From: Spirochaetia bacterium
Lineage (GTDB): Bacteria; Spirochaetota; Spirochaetia; UBA9216
Direction: 5' to 3'
Length of the DNA stretch: 64,000 nucleotides
NCBI GenBank assembly: GCA_963675665.1
Contig: OY776510.1
Coordinates: 2,112,001-2,176,000 of the forward strand
Each line of letters starts with the position of its first letter. Position 1 is the stretch's first letter. Of the stretch, positions 1 to 9,902 are shown one piece after another. A program made the translations under genes and the position numbers. The notes beneath the pieces were generated by a model. It made no database searches. It saw nothing but the letters and a program-made list of their open reading frames with translations, and was not told the DNA's origin.

Positions 1-1
1 A

Positions 2-343
2 TTGCTGTTTTTCCGGAAACTGATTTTTCAGCATCAGCAGATTATTCTCAATTTCTTCAGCGTCTATTATTATATTTCGTTCTGCACATGCCTGAATAAG
101 GAGGTGTTTATTGATGAGCGTTTCGATTACCATGTTTCGAAGTTCTTCAACTCGGGCATAATTAAGCGGAACTTTCTGCTGCTCGCCGACAATCATTGCC
201 TGATACTCTATCTGCCCAAGTTCGAAATTGATTTCATCTTCGGTTATTTCATAACCGTTCACATTTACAACCGCGACGGAATTTTCAGAAAATGCGGGTA
301 TAACAAAAAATACTGATAACATTATTACCGAAAGAATCTTCAT
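2..343 (-). CDS. SurA/PrsA-like periplasmic chaperone or PPIase, N-terminal part (runs off window start)
   Basis: Not in the ORF track. Hand translation from ATG at 343 (SD AGGAG) gives MKILSVIMLSVFFVIPAFSENSVAVVNVNGYEITEDEI...VIETLINKHLLIQAC..IDAEEIE, a signal peptide plus a SurA-N-type pattern. Confidence 0.7.
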   Translation of the reverse strand, partial: MKILSVIMLSVFFVIPAFSENSVAVVNVNGYEITEDEINFELGQIEYQAMIVGEQQKVPLNYARVEELRNMVIETLINKHLLIQACAERNIIIDAEEIENNLLMLKNQFPEKQQ

Positions 344-558
344 TAAAAACTCCTGTTTTGAGAATACAGTATATAATCCATCCGCTTAACAAGTCAAATT
401 ATTAAACATAAATAATATTATTTGTCTCATATAACAGACGGTTATTCTGATAAAAACGACAAGAACCTGCCGGCCGGTATTCGTTTCTGTAAACCGGTAA
501 TCCGTTAAGTTTAAGCAGCATAAGGAATAATAATTTTAGGTGGTATCTGCTGAGAAGT

Positions 559-574
559 TGGCATATGCATTGCA
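559..574 (+). promoter_or_regulatory. sigma54 (-24/-12) promoter of the cupin-ABC-dhaKL operon
   Basis: TGGCATATGCATTGCA has exact GG-N10-GC spacing, 38 nt upstream of ATG 612. An NtrC-type activator lies at the end of the cluster. Confidence 0.8.
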
Positions 575-611
575 ATGTATCACATAAAACAAATTTTTCT
601 AAGGAGAACTT

Positions 612-1250
612 ATGAGTGTTCATGAAGTAAAACTTGAACGTCTTCGTGATATCGGAATGAAGGAGTTTTCAGCCTTCGGCCGTATTATCGGAAGAGATGA
701 AGACACTGAGGAAGGTAAATATAATTTACATCCGATTGATGCAAAAGCAGCTGTTGATAATGACATGATCAAAGCCTACTGGGACCTGCTCCCGTTTGAA
801 TTGTCTGATCAGGAACGTTTCTCAATGGGAATGCTTTTTCTCAAATCCAAGGACCCGGGAGAACCTATCGACTGGACCGAGTGCCATAAAGATACCTATG
901 AATTCTTTTTCCCGCTCGGCGGCAAACAGCTGATATTTATTCTCTGTCCGCCCATGGCTGTGCCGGATCCCGCTCAAACCAGAGCTTTTCTTGTAGGGCC
1001 GGATGAGGGTGTGCTTCTGGACAAAGGCACCTGGCACTATCCGCCGTTCGCGATTAACGGTATTACACCCTGCCTGATGCCCCGATACGGAAAACTTGCC
1101 CCGAGGACCGGAAAGGTTACCCATGCGTATGGAAAAGACTGGCCGACGGAAGGTCCCGGATGGATAGAAGGAACACTTCATGCTCTGAACACCGAATTTT
1201 ACGGAGGAGAGCATACAAACGATGAATACGATATAAAAATTGTATTGTAA
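612..1250 (+). CDS. ureidoglycolate lyase (AllA)-like cupin protein
   Basis: ECH...EFFFPL and AFLV...GVLLDKGTWH motifs; SD AAGGAG. Confidence 0.65.
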   Translation: MSVHEVKLERLRDIGMKEFSAFGRIIGRDEDTEEGKYNLHPIDAKAAVDNDMIKAYWDLLPFELSDQERFSMGMLFLKSKDPGEPIDWTECHKDTYEFFFPLGGKQLIFILCPPMAVPDPAQTRAFLVGPDEGVLLDKGTWHYPPFAINGITPCLMPRYGKLAPRTGKVTHAYGKDWPTEGPGWIEGTLHALNTEFYGGEHTNDEYDIKIVL

Positions 1251-1282
1251 TAACATCAGTGCATAAAGAAGGAGGACTAATT

Positions 1283-2596
1283 ATGTACGGAAAATCTTTC
1301 AGAAAAGCAGCATTACTGCTTATTTGTGTTTTTCTTTTGGCGGGGACTTACTGCTTCGCAAACGGAGAACAGGAACAGGGCGCTGCGGCGGAAGGCCCGC
1401 AGAAAATGCTTACCACTTACGCCACAATGGCTAACGATTTTTTTCTGACTTTTGATCAGGGAGCCAGAGAAGCCGTAGAAGCTTTGGGTAACGAATACGT
1501 TGCCGCAACCGACGATCGAAAACCGGAAAAGTTCATCTCCAGTATGTCGTCTTATGCTGCTTCCAATGTAAAGATGATGTCGGGATATTCACCGACTATC
1601 GGCTCGGTTATCGAAGCTACAAAACTGGTTAACCGCGAAAAGGTATATTACTCAAACGTTCTTGAAATTGCCGACTGGTGGACGCCTCTTGACGCAGGCC
1701 CATACTGGGGAATGTTTCATTTTCCTGATGCCCGTGCGATAGGAATGCAGGGAGGCGACGTAATGGCTGAAGCTCTGGGCGAAAAAGGCAAGACCCTTCT
1801 TCTTCTGGGTTTTCCCGGATCAAAGGCCGGCAACGACCGCGGACTCGGCTACGAGATTGCTCTTGAAAAGTATCCCCAGATGGAAATCCTTGCTGAAGAA
1901 TACGGCGATTTCACAAGGGACAAAGGCTACAGCGTAACTGCCGACTGGATTATTAAATACGGCGACGAAATTGACGGTATTTACTGTACCAACACAAGTA
2001 TGGCTGTAGGTGCGGCTGTTGCCTGCAAGGAAGCCGGCCTGACCGACGTCAAGATTATCGGAACCGACGCCAATAAAGAAAATATGAAATATCTGCAGGA
2101 CGGAAGCATCTATGGTATCTGCGGAATATTCGGCCCCTGGCTTGCCGGACATGCAGCTGTTGTTGCTTATGACATGTATCACGGCTGGGAACCAACAGTT
2201 CCTGAAACAATGATGTCTACCGGATTTATTATGCTCACACAGGATAATGCCGACTGGTACATCGATACTTTCTGCGGCGATAAACTTCCGTATGACTGGA
2301 AGAAGATGTCCCGCACACTTAATCCCGACACCTGGGACCCGCAGAACCTGATGGTTCCGATCGATCCGAATACATTTTCCAACTGGGAATTTGTTGAGAA
2401 ACCCAAGGGATATGAAGTACCCAAGGAATATGCCGAAGCATTGGCTGCAGGCGAATACAAAGAGATTCGTCAACTGTATCTTGATCATTTCAAGGACCAT
2501 ACAACCGTGCCTCCTTCATCTTCTGCACCCTATGACAAGGTTTTTGCTTCAAATAATATAGGCAGCGAAACAGTCGTTGACTATGTATTAAAATAA
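1283..2596 (+). CDS. CUT2 (ribose-type) sugar ABC transporter substrate-binding protein
   Basis: Signal peptide and periplasmic binding protein type I pattern (NDFF, GNDR, N-T-S-MA-GA, GTD). The ATG at 1283 follows GGAGG. Confidence 0.85.
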   Translation: MYGKSFRKAALLLICVFLLAGTYCFANGEQEQGAAAEGPQKMLTTYATMANDFFLTFDQGAREAVEALGNEYVAATDDRKPEKFISSMSSYAASNVKMMSGYSPTIGSVIEATKLVNREKVYYSNVLEIADWWTPLDAGPYWGMFHFPDARAIGMQGGDVMAEALGEKGKTLLLLGFPGSKAGNDRGLGYEIALEKYPQMEILAEEYGDFTRDKGYSVTADWIIKYGDEIDGIYCTNTSMAVGAAVACKEAGLTDVKIIGTDANKENMKYLQDGSIYGICGIFGPWLAGHAAVVAYDMYHGWEPTVPETMMSTGFIMLTQDNADWYIDTFCGDKLPYDWKKMSRTLNPDTWDPQNLMVPIDPNTFSNWEFVEKPKGYEVPKEYAEALAAGEYKEIRQLYLDHFKDHTTVPPSSSAPYDKVFASNNIGSETVVDYVLK

Positions 2597-2610
2597 TCAA
2601 CTGATTGACG

Positions 2611-2634
2611 CACGGGCGGCATGAGTCGCCCGTG
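2611..2634 (+). terminator. GC-rich stem-loop after the binding-protein gene (mRNA stabiliser or partial terminator)
   Basis: CACGGGCGGC-ATGA-GTCGCCCGTG. Confidence 0.6.
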
Positions 2635-2654
2635 TACTTAAAAAGGATAACAAT

Positions 2655-3626
2655 GTGACTGCCGATGTGAGGAAAACAACTAAAATCGATATAAAAAAAG
2701 TCGTCAATCTGGTGCCGGTTATTGTAATAGTCGCCCTGATGATAATTTTTTCTTTTCTTTCACCAGCATTTATCAGATTAAGAAATATTATAGAGATACT
2801 TCAGCTGTCGTCAATTTATCTGCTGATTGCCGCAGGGGTTACCTTTCCGATTTTAATGGGAAGTATTGACCTGTCGATTACCGGAATAATTGTAGGTTCA
2901 GGAGTGCTTGCCGCGACATTTGCTCCTGTGGGAGGTTTGTTTACAGTATTTTTAATTCTGTTTATTGGCTTATGCCTCGGGTTGTTTAACGGGTTTTTGG
3001 TAGCCAGGGTGAAACTTCCTTCGTTTATCGTCACGCTTGCCACAAATTTCATATATTGCGGAATAGCGGTTGCGCTGACGGAAGGATATAACATAAATAT
3101 CAGGAGTAATTTCTTCAGTAATATTTCAAACGGAAGAATTATTCCGGGAATTCCGAACAGCATTATTCTGGCCGGAATAATATACATCGTCTTTGTATAT
3201 CTGAGCGAGAAGACCAAGACGGGAAGATATATCATGGCCATCGGAGGCAAAGAGGATGTTGCCGCTCGAATGGGTATAAACGTTGCCAAGTACAAAATAA
3301 TTGCTTTCGCTTTATCGGGTCTTCTGATTGGTTGCGGGACCCTGTTTTTGTCCTCCCGTCTCGGCATGGCTTCGGCCCAGCTGGGTTCGGGGTATCTGTT
3401 CAGCACCCTGATTGCCGTTGTGGTAGGAGGCACCGCCCTCTCCGGCGGGGTAGGCGGGGTCAGGCGGACAATTCTCGGGGTGCTGATAATTACCATCCTT
3501 GAAAACGGAATGACTCTCGGCGGCATTGACGTGAGAATACAGTATATGGTCAAGGCTGTAATACTTATCGGTTCTGTTTATCTGATATCCATTCCGAACA
3601 GATCACGTCAGGATTTAATGAAATAA
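2655..3626 (+). CDS. sugar ABC transporter permease (RbsC-like)
   Basis: GSIDLS, LPSFIVTL, GRYIMAIGG, VVVGGTALSGG motifs. Confidence 0.92.
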   Translation: MTADVRKTTKIDIKKVVNLVPVIVIVALMIIFSFLSPAFIRLRNIIEILQLSSIYLLIAAGVTFPILMGSIDLSITGIIVGSGVLAATFAPVGGLFTVFLILFIGLCLGLFNGFLVARVKLPSFIVTLATNFIYCGIAVALTEGYNINIRSNFFSNISNGRIIPGIPNSIILAGIIYIVFVYLSEKTKTGRYIMAIGGKEDVAARMGINVAKYKIIAFALSGLLIGCGTLFLSSRLGMASAQLGSGYLFSTLIAVVVGGTALSGGVGGVRRTILGVLIITILENGMTLGGIDVRIQYMVKAVILIGSVYLISIPNRSRQDLMK

Positions 3627-3638
3627 AGGGTTTACTAA

Positions 3639-4589
3639 ATGAAAGAATCAGTAAATAAAATGACGGCCTTGATGAAGTATCTTCCTTTGCTTCTGCTGGT
3701 TGTCGTGAGCTTGTTTTTCGGCATACTTTTTCCCAGGTTTTTTTCAATTCAGAACGTATTGAATCTTATACGGCAAATGTCGTTTCTGATGATAGTATCA
3801 CTGGGCATGACATTTATAATCCTGATGGGCAGTATTGATGCGTCGGTTGGAGCGAATGCAACTTTCTGCGGGGTTATCGGAGCGCTGCTTGCGCCGTATC
3901 TCGGCGGAGGGGCGGTAATTGCAGGACTTATGGCGGGAGCCGGTGTAGGCGCTCTCAACGGCCTGATTGTCACCAGGGTAAAAGTTCCGTCCTTTCTTGT
4001 AACGCTCGCATTGATGGGGGCCCTCGACGGCGCGGCGCTGCTGCTGATGCACAGTTCTCCCGTTAATATATCAAACCAGGTTTTTCTTGACTTTTCCAAC
4101 GGGTCCCTTCTGTTTTCGTTTCCGAACGTGGATCTGATTCCGCTTGTAGCGATTGTCGTCTGCTATTATGTAATCGGTAAAACAGCATTTGGACGTTCGC
4201 TTTATGCAATAGGCGGAAACGAAAAGGCAACGTTTTATTCCGGAATAAGGGTCAGACAGATACAGATTATCGCGTTTATGATCTCGGGGATTATGTCAGG
4301 TTTTGCCGGTTGTCTTCAGGCTTCCATGTTTGAAGCAGCCTGCCCTTATATGGGCGAATCGCTTCTGATGAATTCAATCGCTGCGGTTGTTATAGGCGGA
4401 ACACAGCTGAGCGGCGGAGTAGGCGGCCCGTTACGGACGGTTTTCGGCGTTGTACTGATTGCGATAATCAGCAGCGGAATGAATTTTATGGGGCTGGAAC
4501 CGGCAACACGCCACATAGTTACCGGAGCGATTATGATCCTTGCAGTTTCAGTAAATATCGATCGTTCGAAGATGGCTTATGTCAAATAG
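3639..4589 (+). CDS. sugar ABC transporter permease (RbsC-like)
   Basis: GSIDAS, VPSFLVTL, GRSLYAIGGNEKA, VVIGGTQLSGG motifs. Confidence 0.92.
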   Translation: MKESVNKMTALMKYLPLLLLVVVSLFFGILFPRFFSIQNVLNLIRQMSFLMIVSLGMTFIILMGSIDASVGANATFCGVIGALLAPYLGGGAVIAGLMAGAGVGALNGLIVTRVKVPSFLVTLALMGALDGAALLLMHSSPVNISNQVFLDFSNGSLLFSFPNVDLIPLVAIVVCYYVIGKTAFGRSLYAIGGNEKATFYSGIRVRQIQIIAFMISGIMSGFAGCLQASMFEAACPYMGESLLMNSIAAVVIGGTQLSGGVGGPLRTVFGVVLIAIISSGMNFMGLEPATRHIVTGAIMILAVSVNIDRSKMAYVK

Positions 4590-4611
4590 TATTACAGGTT
4601 GAGGTGGATAT

Positions 4612-6147
4612 ATGTACGGAGAAACGGAAATACTGTTCAAAGCTGAAGGAATTACTAAGCAGTTTCCCGGTGTAAGAGCTTTAAATAATGTAAATGTTGA
4701 AATACGAAAGAATGAAATCCTGGGATTGTCCGGAGAGAACGGCGCCGGCAAATCGACATTAATGAAAATAATTGCAGGTGTTTATTTGAAAGATAACGGC
4801 CGGATGCTGCTGAAGGGCCGGGATTATAACCCGATGAATTACCGTGAGGGCACTTCCCTGGGAATCTCAATGGTTTTTCAGGAACAGAACCTCGTGCCGA
4901 ACCTCTATGGTTATGAAAATATTTTCCTGTCGCACGAAAAGTTTTTTATAAGAAAAAACGGAATACTTGATTCAAAAGCCATGATAGAAAAAACCCGGGA
5001 CTATTTTAAGCAGTTTGAAATAGACGCCGATCCCGCAAAAAAGGTTTCCAGTTATTCTTTTCACCAGAGGCAGCTTGTCGAGATAGTTCGTGCGTTTATG
5101 ATATCCGAATTGTACGGAATCTCTCATCCGCTTATTCTTCTGGACGAGCCTACAGCGGCTTTATCGGAGAAAGAGAGGGAGCTTCTGTTTTCAAAGATAA
5201 AAAAATATTCCGACAGCGCAACATTCTGTCTTATTTCTCACAGATTGTCTGAAATGATGAGCTACTGCAGCCGAATTCTTGTTCTTAAGGACGGCGAACT
5301 TGTCGGAGAGGTGGACCCGGAGAAATCGGAAGAGCATGATCTGCATACAATGATGGTAGGACGGGAAGTCAGCAGGGACATCTACGGGATTTCAAGACAG
5401 TTCGACGAATATACTGATGAAACAGTTATGGAACTGAAAGGGCTGAACCTGCCCGGGAAGTATGAAAATATAGATATAAAACTGAACAAAGGGATGATTC
5501 TCGGGGTCGGCGGGCTTGTCGGCTGCGGCAAACGCGAACTGGGCAAGGCGATATATGGTATTGATGAATACCAGTCGGGCGAAGTGCTGATAAAAAACGA
5601 TCCTGTAAAAAAAGGAGCAATCTCGGCAATGGTAAGCCGCCGTGTCGGATATATCCCTGCCGAACGCAAGGGTTACGGGATAATCGAGTATCTGCCGGTA
5701 AGCTGGAATATAAGTCTGCCGAGCATCTTTTCTCTCGTGAACAAGGCGTTAATGAAAATTAACAGAAAAAAGGAAAATGCGCTTATAGAAAAATATATTA
5801 AGAGATTCCGGATAAAGGCTTCTCCGGAGGATATGTGCTTCTCTCTCAGCGGAGGCAACCAGCAAAAGGTTGTGCTGGCTAAATGGATTGCAAAAAATCT
5901 TGATATCATAATCCTTGATAATCCGACGCGGGGCGTGGATGTAGGCGCAAAGGAGGAAATCTATTCGCTGTTGAGAGAGATAGTTAAAGAAGGCGTTTCG
6001 GTCCTGATGATTACGGACGATCTGCTTGAGCTGATTGGTTTAAGCAACCGGATAATAATAATGAAAGAGGGCCGGATCACGGACGTCAGGGAAGCCGGCC
6101 GGCAAAGCAAGCCGACTGAAAAAGAACTGGTCAGATATATGGTCTGA
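4612..6147 (+). CDS. sugar ABC transporter ATP-binding protein (RbsA-like, two NBDs)
   Basis: GENGAGKST, LDEPT, LSGGNQQK, PTRGVDVGAK. Confidence 0.95.
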   Translation: MYGETEILFKAEGITKQFPGVRALNNVNVEIRKNEILGLSGENGAGKSTLMKIIAGVYLKDNGRMLLKGRDYNPMNYREGTSLGISMVFQEQNLVPNLYGYENIFLSHEKFFIRKNGILDSKAMIEKTRDYFKQFEIDADPAKKVSSYSFHQRQLVEIVRAFMISELYGISHPLILLDEPTAALSEKERELLFSKIKKYSDSATFCLISHRLSEMMSYCSRILVLKDGELVGEVDPEKSEEHDLHTMMVGREVSRDIYGISRQFDEYTDETVMELKGLNLPGKYENIDIKLNKGMILGVGGLVGCGKRELGKAIYGIDEYQSGEVLIKNDPVKKGAISAMVSRRVGYIPAERKGYGIIEYLPVSWNISLPSIFSLVNKALMKINRKKENALIEKYIKRFRIKASPEDMCFSLSGGNQQKVVLAKWIAKNLDIIILDNPTRGVDVGAKEEIYSLLREIVKEGVSVLMITDDLLELIGLSNRIIIMKEGRITDVREAGRQSKPTEKELVRYMV

Positions 6148-6171
6148 TATTTATAAAGACAAGAGGTGTTC

Positions 6172-7167
6172 ATGAAAAAGATAATAAATACGGTTGAATC
6201 TGTTGTATTTGATATGTGTAAAGGCTTTGCCCTTGCTCATAAGGATTATGTTGAACTTGATGAAAAATACAGAATCATTCATCGAAAGAACATAGATACT
6301 GGAAAGGTGAATCTTATCAGCGGCGGAGGGAGCGGCCATGAACCGAGTCATGCGGGTTTTGTCGGAAAGGGAATGCTTGACGGTGCGGTTTGCGGAGATG
6401 TTTTTGCGTCTCCGTCGGTAATGCAGATTTACAATGCAATAACGAAACTGGAGTCGGACAAAGGGGTTTTGCTGATTATCAAGAATTACTCCGGCGATGT
6501 AATGAATTTTAACGGAGCTGCTGAAATGGCGGAAGAGGATGATGGTATTACCGTGGAAAAAGTTTACGTCAACGATGATGTGGCTGTAACCGACAGCCTG
6601 TACACGGTCGGCAGGCGCGGAGTTGCAGGCACTGTTTTTGTACATAAGATAGCTGGCGCTTCGGCTGAATCGGGAGCGGAATTGCCGGAAGTTAAACGGG
6701 TTGCCGAAAAGGTGATTTCAAATGTCAGAACAATGGGTTTTGCTTTGACTTCCTGTACCGTGCCGGCCAAAGGCGAACCAACCTTTGATATTGAAGACGG
6801 CGATATAGAGTTCGGGGTAGGCATACACGGCGAACCTGGAGTCTCAAGAGAAAAAACCGTTAACGCAAAGGACCTGGCGGAAAGGGTCGTCGGCAGGATA
6901 CTGGAGGATATGCCGATAGAGAAGGGCAGCGATACAGCTGTACTGCTTAACGGCCTCGGCGGTACTCCGGTCCAGGAGCTGTATATCCTTTATAACGAGG
7001 TCTGCAGAATATTGGAAGAAAAAGAGATTAATGTTTATTTCAACATGGTAGGCAATTATATGACCTCGCTGGATATGGCCGGGGCTTCCGTCAGTATTTT
7101 AAGATTGGATAATGAGTTAAAGGCCCTTCTTGAAGCGGAAGCGGATACCCCCGCCCTGAAAATATAG
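6172..7167 (+). CDS. dhaK: dihydroxyacetone kinase subunit K
   Basis: GGGSGHEP, KNYSGD, GRRGVAG, GIHGEPG, TSLDM. Confidence 0.93.
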   Translation: MKKIINTVESVVFDMCKGFALAHKDYVELDEKYRIIHRKNIDTGKVNLISGGGSGHEPSHAGFVGKGMLDGAVCGDVFASPSVMQIYNAITKLESDKGVLLIIKNYSGDVMNFNGAAEMAEEDDGITVEKVYVNDDVAVTDSLYTVGRRGVAGTVFVHKIAGASAESGAELPEVKRVAEKVISNVRTMGFALTSCTVPAKGEPTFDIEDGDIEFGVGIHGEPGVSREKTVNAKDLAERVVGRILEDMPIEKGSDTAVLLNGLGGTPVQELYILYNEVCRILEEKEINVYFNMVGNYMTSLDMAGASVSILRLDNELKALLEAEADTPALKI

Positions 7168-7188
7168 GGAAATTGCAGGAGAAATATA

Positions 7189-7824
7189 ATGAATAAACTG
7201 AACATAATAGACATCAAAAAAATAATTAAAATTACGGCGGAAACAGTGCTGGAAAATGAAAAGCATTTCTGTGATCTCGATGCGGTAACAGGCGACGGCG
7301 ATTTCGGGGCAACTCTGGCAAAAGGTTTTAGGGCTATTCTGAATGATCTTGACAGTTTAGCGAAAGATGATATCGGCGAGCTGATAAAATCCATGGGATT
7401 GACAATGATGGATGTCTGCGGAGGCGCTACAGGTTCGCTTTGGGGATCAGGTTTCCGTGCAATGGGAAAGAGCGCAAAAGGCAAAACAGAAGTGGATCTC
7501 TCTGATATAAGCGAAATGACCGAAAGTTTTATAAAAGGAATGCAGAAGGTCGGAGGAGCGGAATTAGGAGATAAAACCCTGCTGGACGCCTTGATTCCTG
7601 CGGCAGAATCGATGGAAAAGGATGCCGCTTCCGGTACGGCAATTCCTTCCGCAATGAAGAATGCCGGTGAAGCAGCGGCGTCGGGAGCTGAAGAAACAAA
7701 AAAAATGAAAGCAAGAAAAGGACGTGCCACATATCTTGGAGAGCGCAGCCTGGGGCATCCTGATGCCGGCGCTGAAGCGATAAACGTTCTTTTTAAGTCG
7801 GTTAATGATAATTTCTTTTGTTAG
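7189..7824 (+). CDS. dhaL: dihydroxyacetone kinase subunit L
   Basis: GDGDFG, GDKTLLD, GRATYLGERSLGHPDAGA. Confidence 0.93.
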   Translation: MNKLNIIDIKKIIKITAETVLENEKHFCDLDAVTGDGDFGATLAKGFRAILNDLDSLAKDDIGELIKSMGLTMMDVCGGATGSLWGSGFRAMGKSAKGKTEVDLSDISEMTESFIKGMQKVGGAELGDKTLLDALIPAAESMEKDAASGTAIPSAMKNAGEAAASGAEETKKMKARKGRATYLGERSLGHPDAGAEAINVLFKSVNDNFFC

Positions 7825-7853
7825 TTGCGAATAGCATATAGCGCTGTTACAAT
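7825..7853 (+). promoter_or_regulatory. sigma70-type promoter giving a probable leaderless transcript of the two-component genes
   Basis: TTGCGA-17 nt-TACAAT with extended TG, then 6 nt, then ATG 7860. No SD. Confidence 0.6.
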
Positions 7854-7859
7854 ATTCGA

Positions 7860-9902
7860 ATGAGAGAAAACACTATCAGTGATGATTACTCGGTCAGTGA
7901 TTTACTTGATATTGCATTGCTTCAGAGAATTCAGGATGATTTCGCCGATACGGCGGAAGTCGGAAGCATTATATACGCATTAGACGGTTCGCCTATTACG
8001 AAGGCTTCAAACTTCTCTGAATACTGCAATTTAATCAGAAGCACCCCCAAAGGCAAAAGAAACTGCATAAAATCTGATGAAGTTCTTGCGCAACGTTCAT
8101 TCAATGAAATAGGCACTGCCATGCCGTGTCTCAGCGGAAGATGTATGGACGGTATAGCGCCTATTGTACTCAAGGGCAAACGGATTGCAAACTGGGGAAT
8201 GGGGCAGGTCCTGTATGAAGAACTTGATGAGGACTGGGTAAGGTGGTATGCGCGGGATATCGGAGTGGAAGAGGATGAGCTTGTTGCGGCTTATCATAAA
8301 CTCACGGTTACGACGATAGAGCAATTTCGCAATAAAATAAAATATCTTATTTCTCTGAGTCAGGAAATATCCGAGATAGCGCTTGTAAACTATCAGCTCA
8401 CAAAGGAAATTGAGAGCAGAATAAAATCCGAAGAAAGATACAGAGCAATTGTCAAGAATGCGATTGTCGGAATTTGCGAGATTACCAATGAAGGCAAAAT
8501 AGATTATATAAATAACCATCTTGAAACCCTGTCGGGATTCAGTGAAAATGAGCTGATTGGCCAGAAACTTAAAAATATTCTGAAATCAGAACGTAATTTT
8601 GAATCATATTTCCAGGGTATAGCGGATTATGCCAATAAACAGTTTCAGCATATCGGTTATGATTTCAGCGGCGAGTTAAAGCAGAAGAATGATATCATGA
8701 GACCCTGCCGCATCTGCATGACGCCCCAGATCAACCTTTCCAATCAGGTAGTCAAATCTACCGCAGTAATCATAGATACAAAAACTGAAGTTCAGGCTCT
8801 GAATAATTTAAAAAAAAGAAACCAGGAACTCAAAGAAAGCAAGAAGCAGTCTGATCTTTTTTTTGATAACAATATTAATGGATTATGTGTTATTGACAAC
8901 AATTACAGATGCATCAAGGTTAATTCGGCCTACATGAAGTTTATTGAAAAAAACGGGAAAGCGGAAGAGTTCAGGAAAAACAGGATTTGGGAACCCTTCG
9001 GTAAAGAGACTATAGACAAGATTTTTTCAGGAGAGATGGAAGAGGTAGAAATTAAGAAAGAATACGGAATGCAACTTTATTCATTCAAGGTGGGGCCTCT
9101 GTTTGATTACGGAAGCAGTATATTCAATATTCTTATAACTCTTACTGATATCACGGATTACCAGATGATGATGGAAAATGCAATGTTTGCAGAAAAAATG
9201 TCTGGTGTAGGCATGGTAGCATCCGGAATAGCACATGATATGAAAAGCGTTTTCTCGATAATCGGGAATTCCAATATCGCCATTAAGAGTATTGTTGCAG
9301 AAGTTGATGATATCGAAAAGAAAGAAAAAATACTGAGGATGCTCCAGACCCAGGAGCATGGATTGATGAACGGCAGAAAGCTTCTTACACAGATTCTTTC
9401 ATATTCAGGAAACGCCGGCGAGGCAATTGAGAGTTTCAATTTAAAAGAGTCGGTAGAAAAAATTATCCGAATTTTCAACAGCGAGATAATGGAGAAGAAT
9501 GCTTCTGCCGTTGTCGATATTCGGGACAATATCACAATTGATGGGAACAGTTCAAAATTTTCACAAATCTTCATGAATCTGACCGCAAACGCAATTGCTG
9601 CTATAGAAGAGAACGGAAAAATAAAAATCAGTGAATCATCGGATAAAGGGAGACTTTCTCTGGTTATTGAAGACAACGGTCACGGGATCCCGTTTGAACA
9701 GCAGGCCCTTGTCTTCAAGGCCTATTATACAACAAAGGATTCAGGTACGGGTTTGGGCTTGTTTTCAGTAAAGAACATTATCGAAGAAATGGGCGGCAGT
9801 ATACAGTTTGAATCAGGTGAAGAGCTTGGAACAAAGTTTATTATAAATATTAAAGACGGAGACAAGGTTAAAATCAGGGTAAAGAAGAATGAACAGAATT
9901 AA
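7860..9902 (+). CDS. cytoplasmic sensor histidine kinase, PocR-PAS-PAS-HisKA-HATPase
   Basis: PocR pattern (LQRIQDDF..G.PIT..SNFSEYC.LIR...C..SD..C..G..D..API) and intact H, N, G1 and G2 boxes (IAHD, NLTANA, DNGHG, GTGLGL). No TM segment. Confidence 0.9.
   Translation: MRENTISDDYSVSDLLDIALLQRIQDDFADTAEVGSIIYALDGSPITKASNFSEYCNLIRSTPKGKRNCIKSDEVLAQRSFNEIGTAMPCLSGRCMDGIAPIVLKGKRIANWGMGQVLYEELDEDWVRWYARDIGVEEDELVAAYHKLTVTTIEQFRNKIKYLISLSQEISEIALVNYQLTKEIESRIKSEERYRAIVKNAIVGICEITNEGKIDYINNHLETLSGFSENELIGQKLKNILKSERNFESYFQGIADYANKQFQHIGYDFSGELKQKNDIMRPCRICMTPQINLSNQVVKSTAVIIDTKTEVQALNNLKKRNQELKESKKQSDLFFDNNINGLCVIDNNYRCIKVNSAYMKFIEKNGKAEEFRKNRIWEPFGKETIDKIFSGEMEEVEIKKEYGMQLYSFKVGPLFDYGSSIFNILITLTDITDYQMMMENAMFAEKMSGVGMVASGIAHDMKSVFSIIGNSNIAIKSIVAEVDDIEKKEKILRMLQTQEHGLMNGRKLLTQILSYSGNAGEAIESFNLKESVEKIIRIFNSEIMEKNASAVVDIRDNITIDGNSSKFSQIFMNLTANAIAAIEENGKIKISESSDKGRLSLVIEDNGHGIPFEQQALVFKAYYTTKDSGTGLGLFSVKNIIEEMGGSIQFESGEELGTKFIINIKDGDKVKIRVKKNEQN

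Noticed and set aside
2-316. Plus-strand 104-aa ORF
   Set aside because: It is the shadow of the minus-strand SurA-like gene, which has an SD and a signal peptide.
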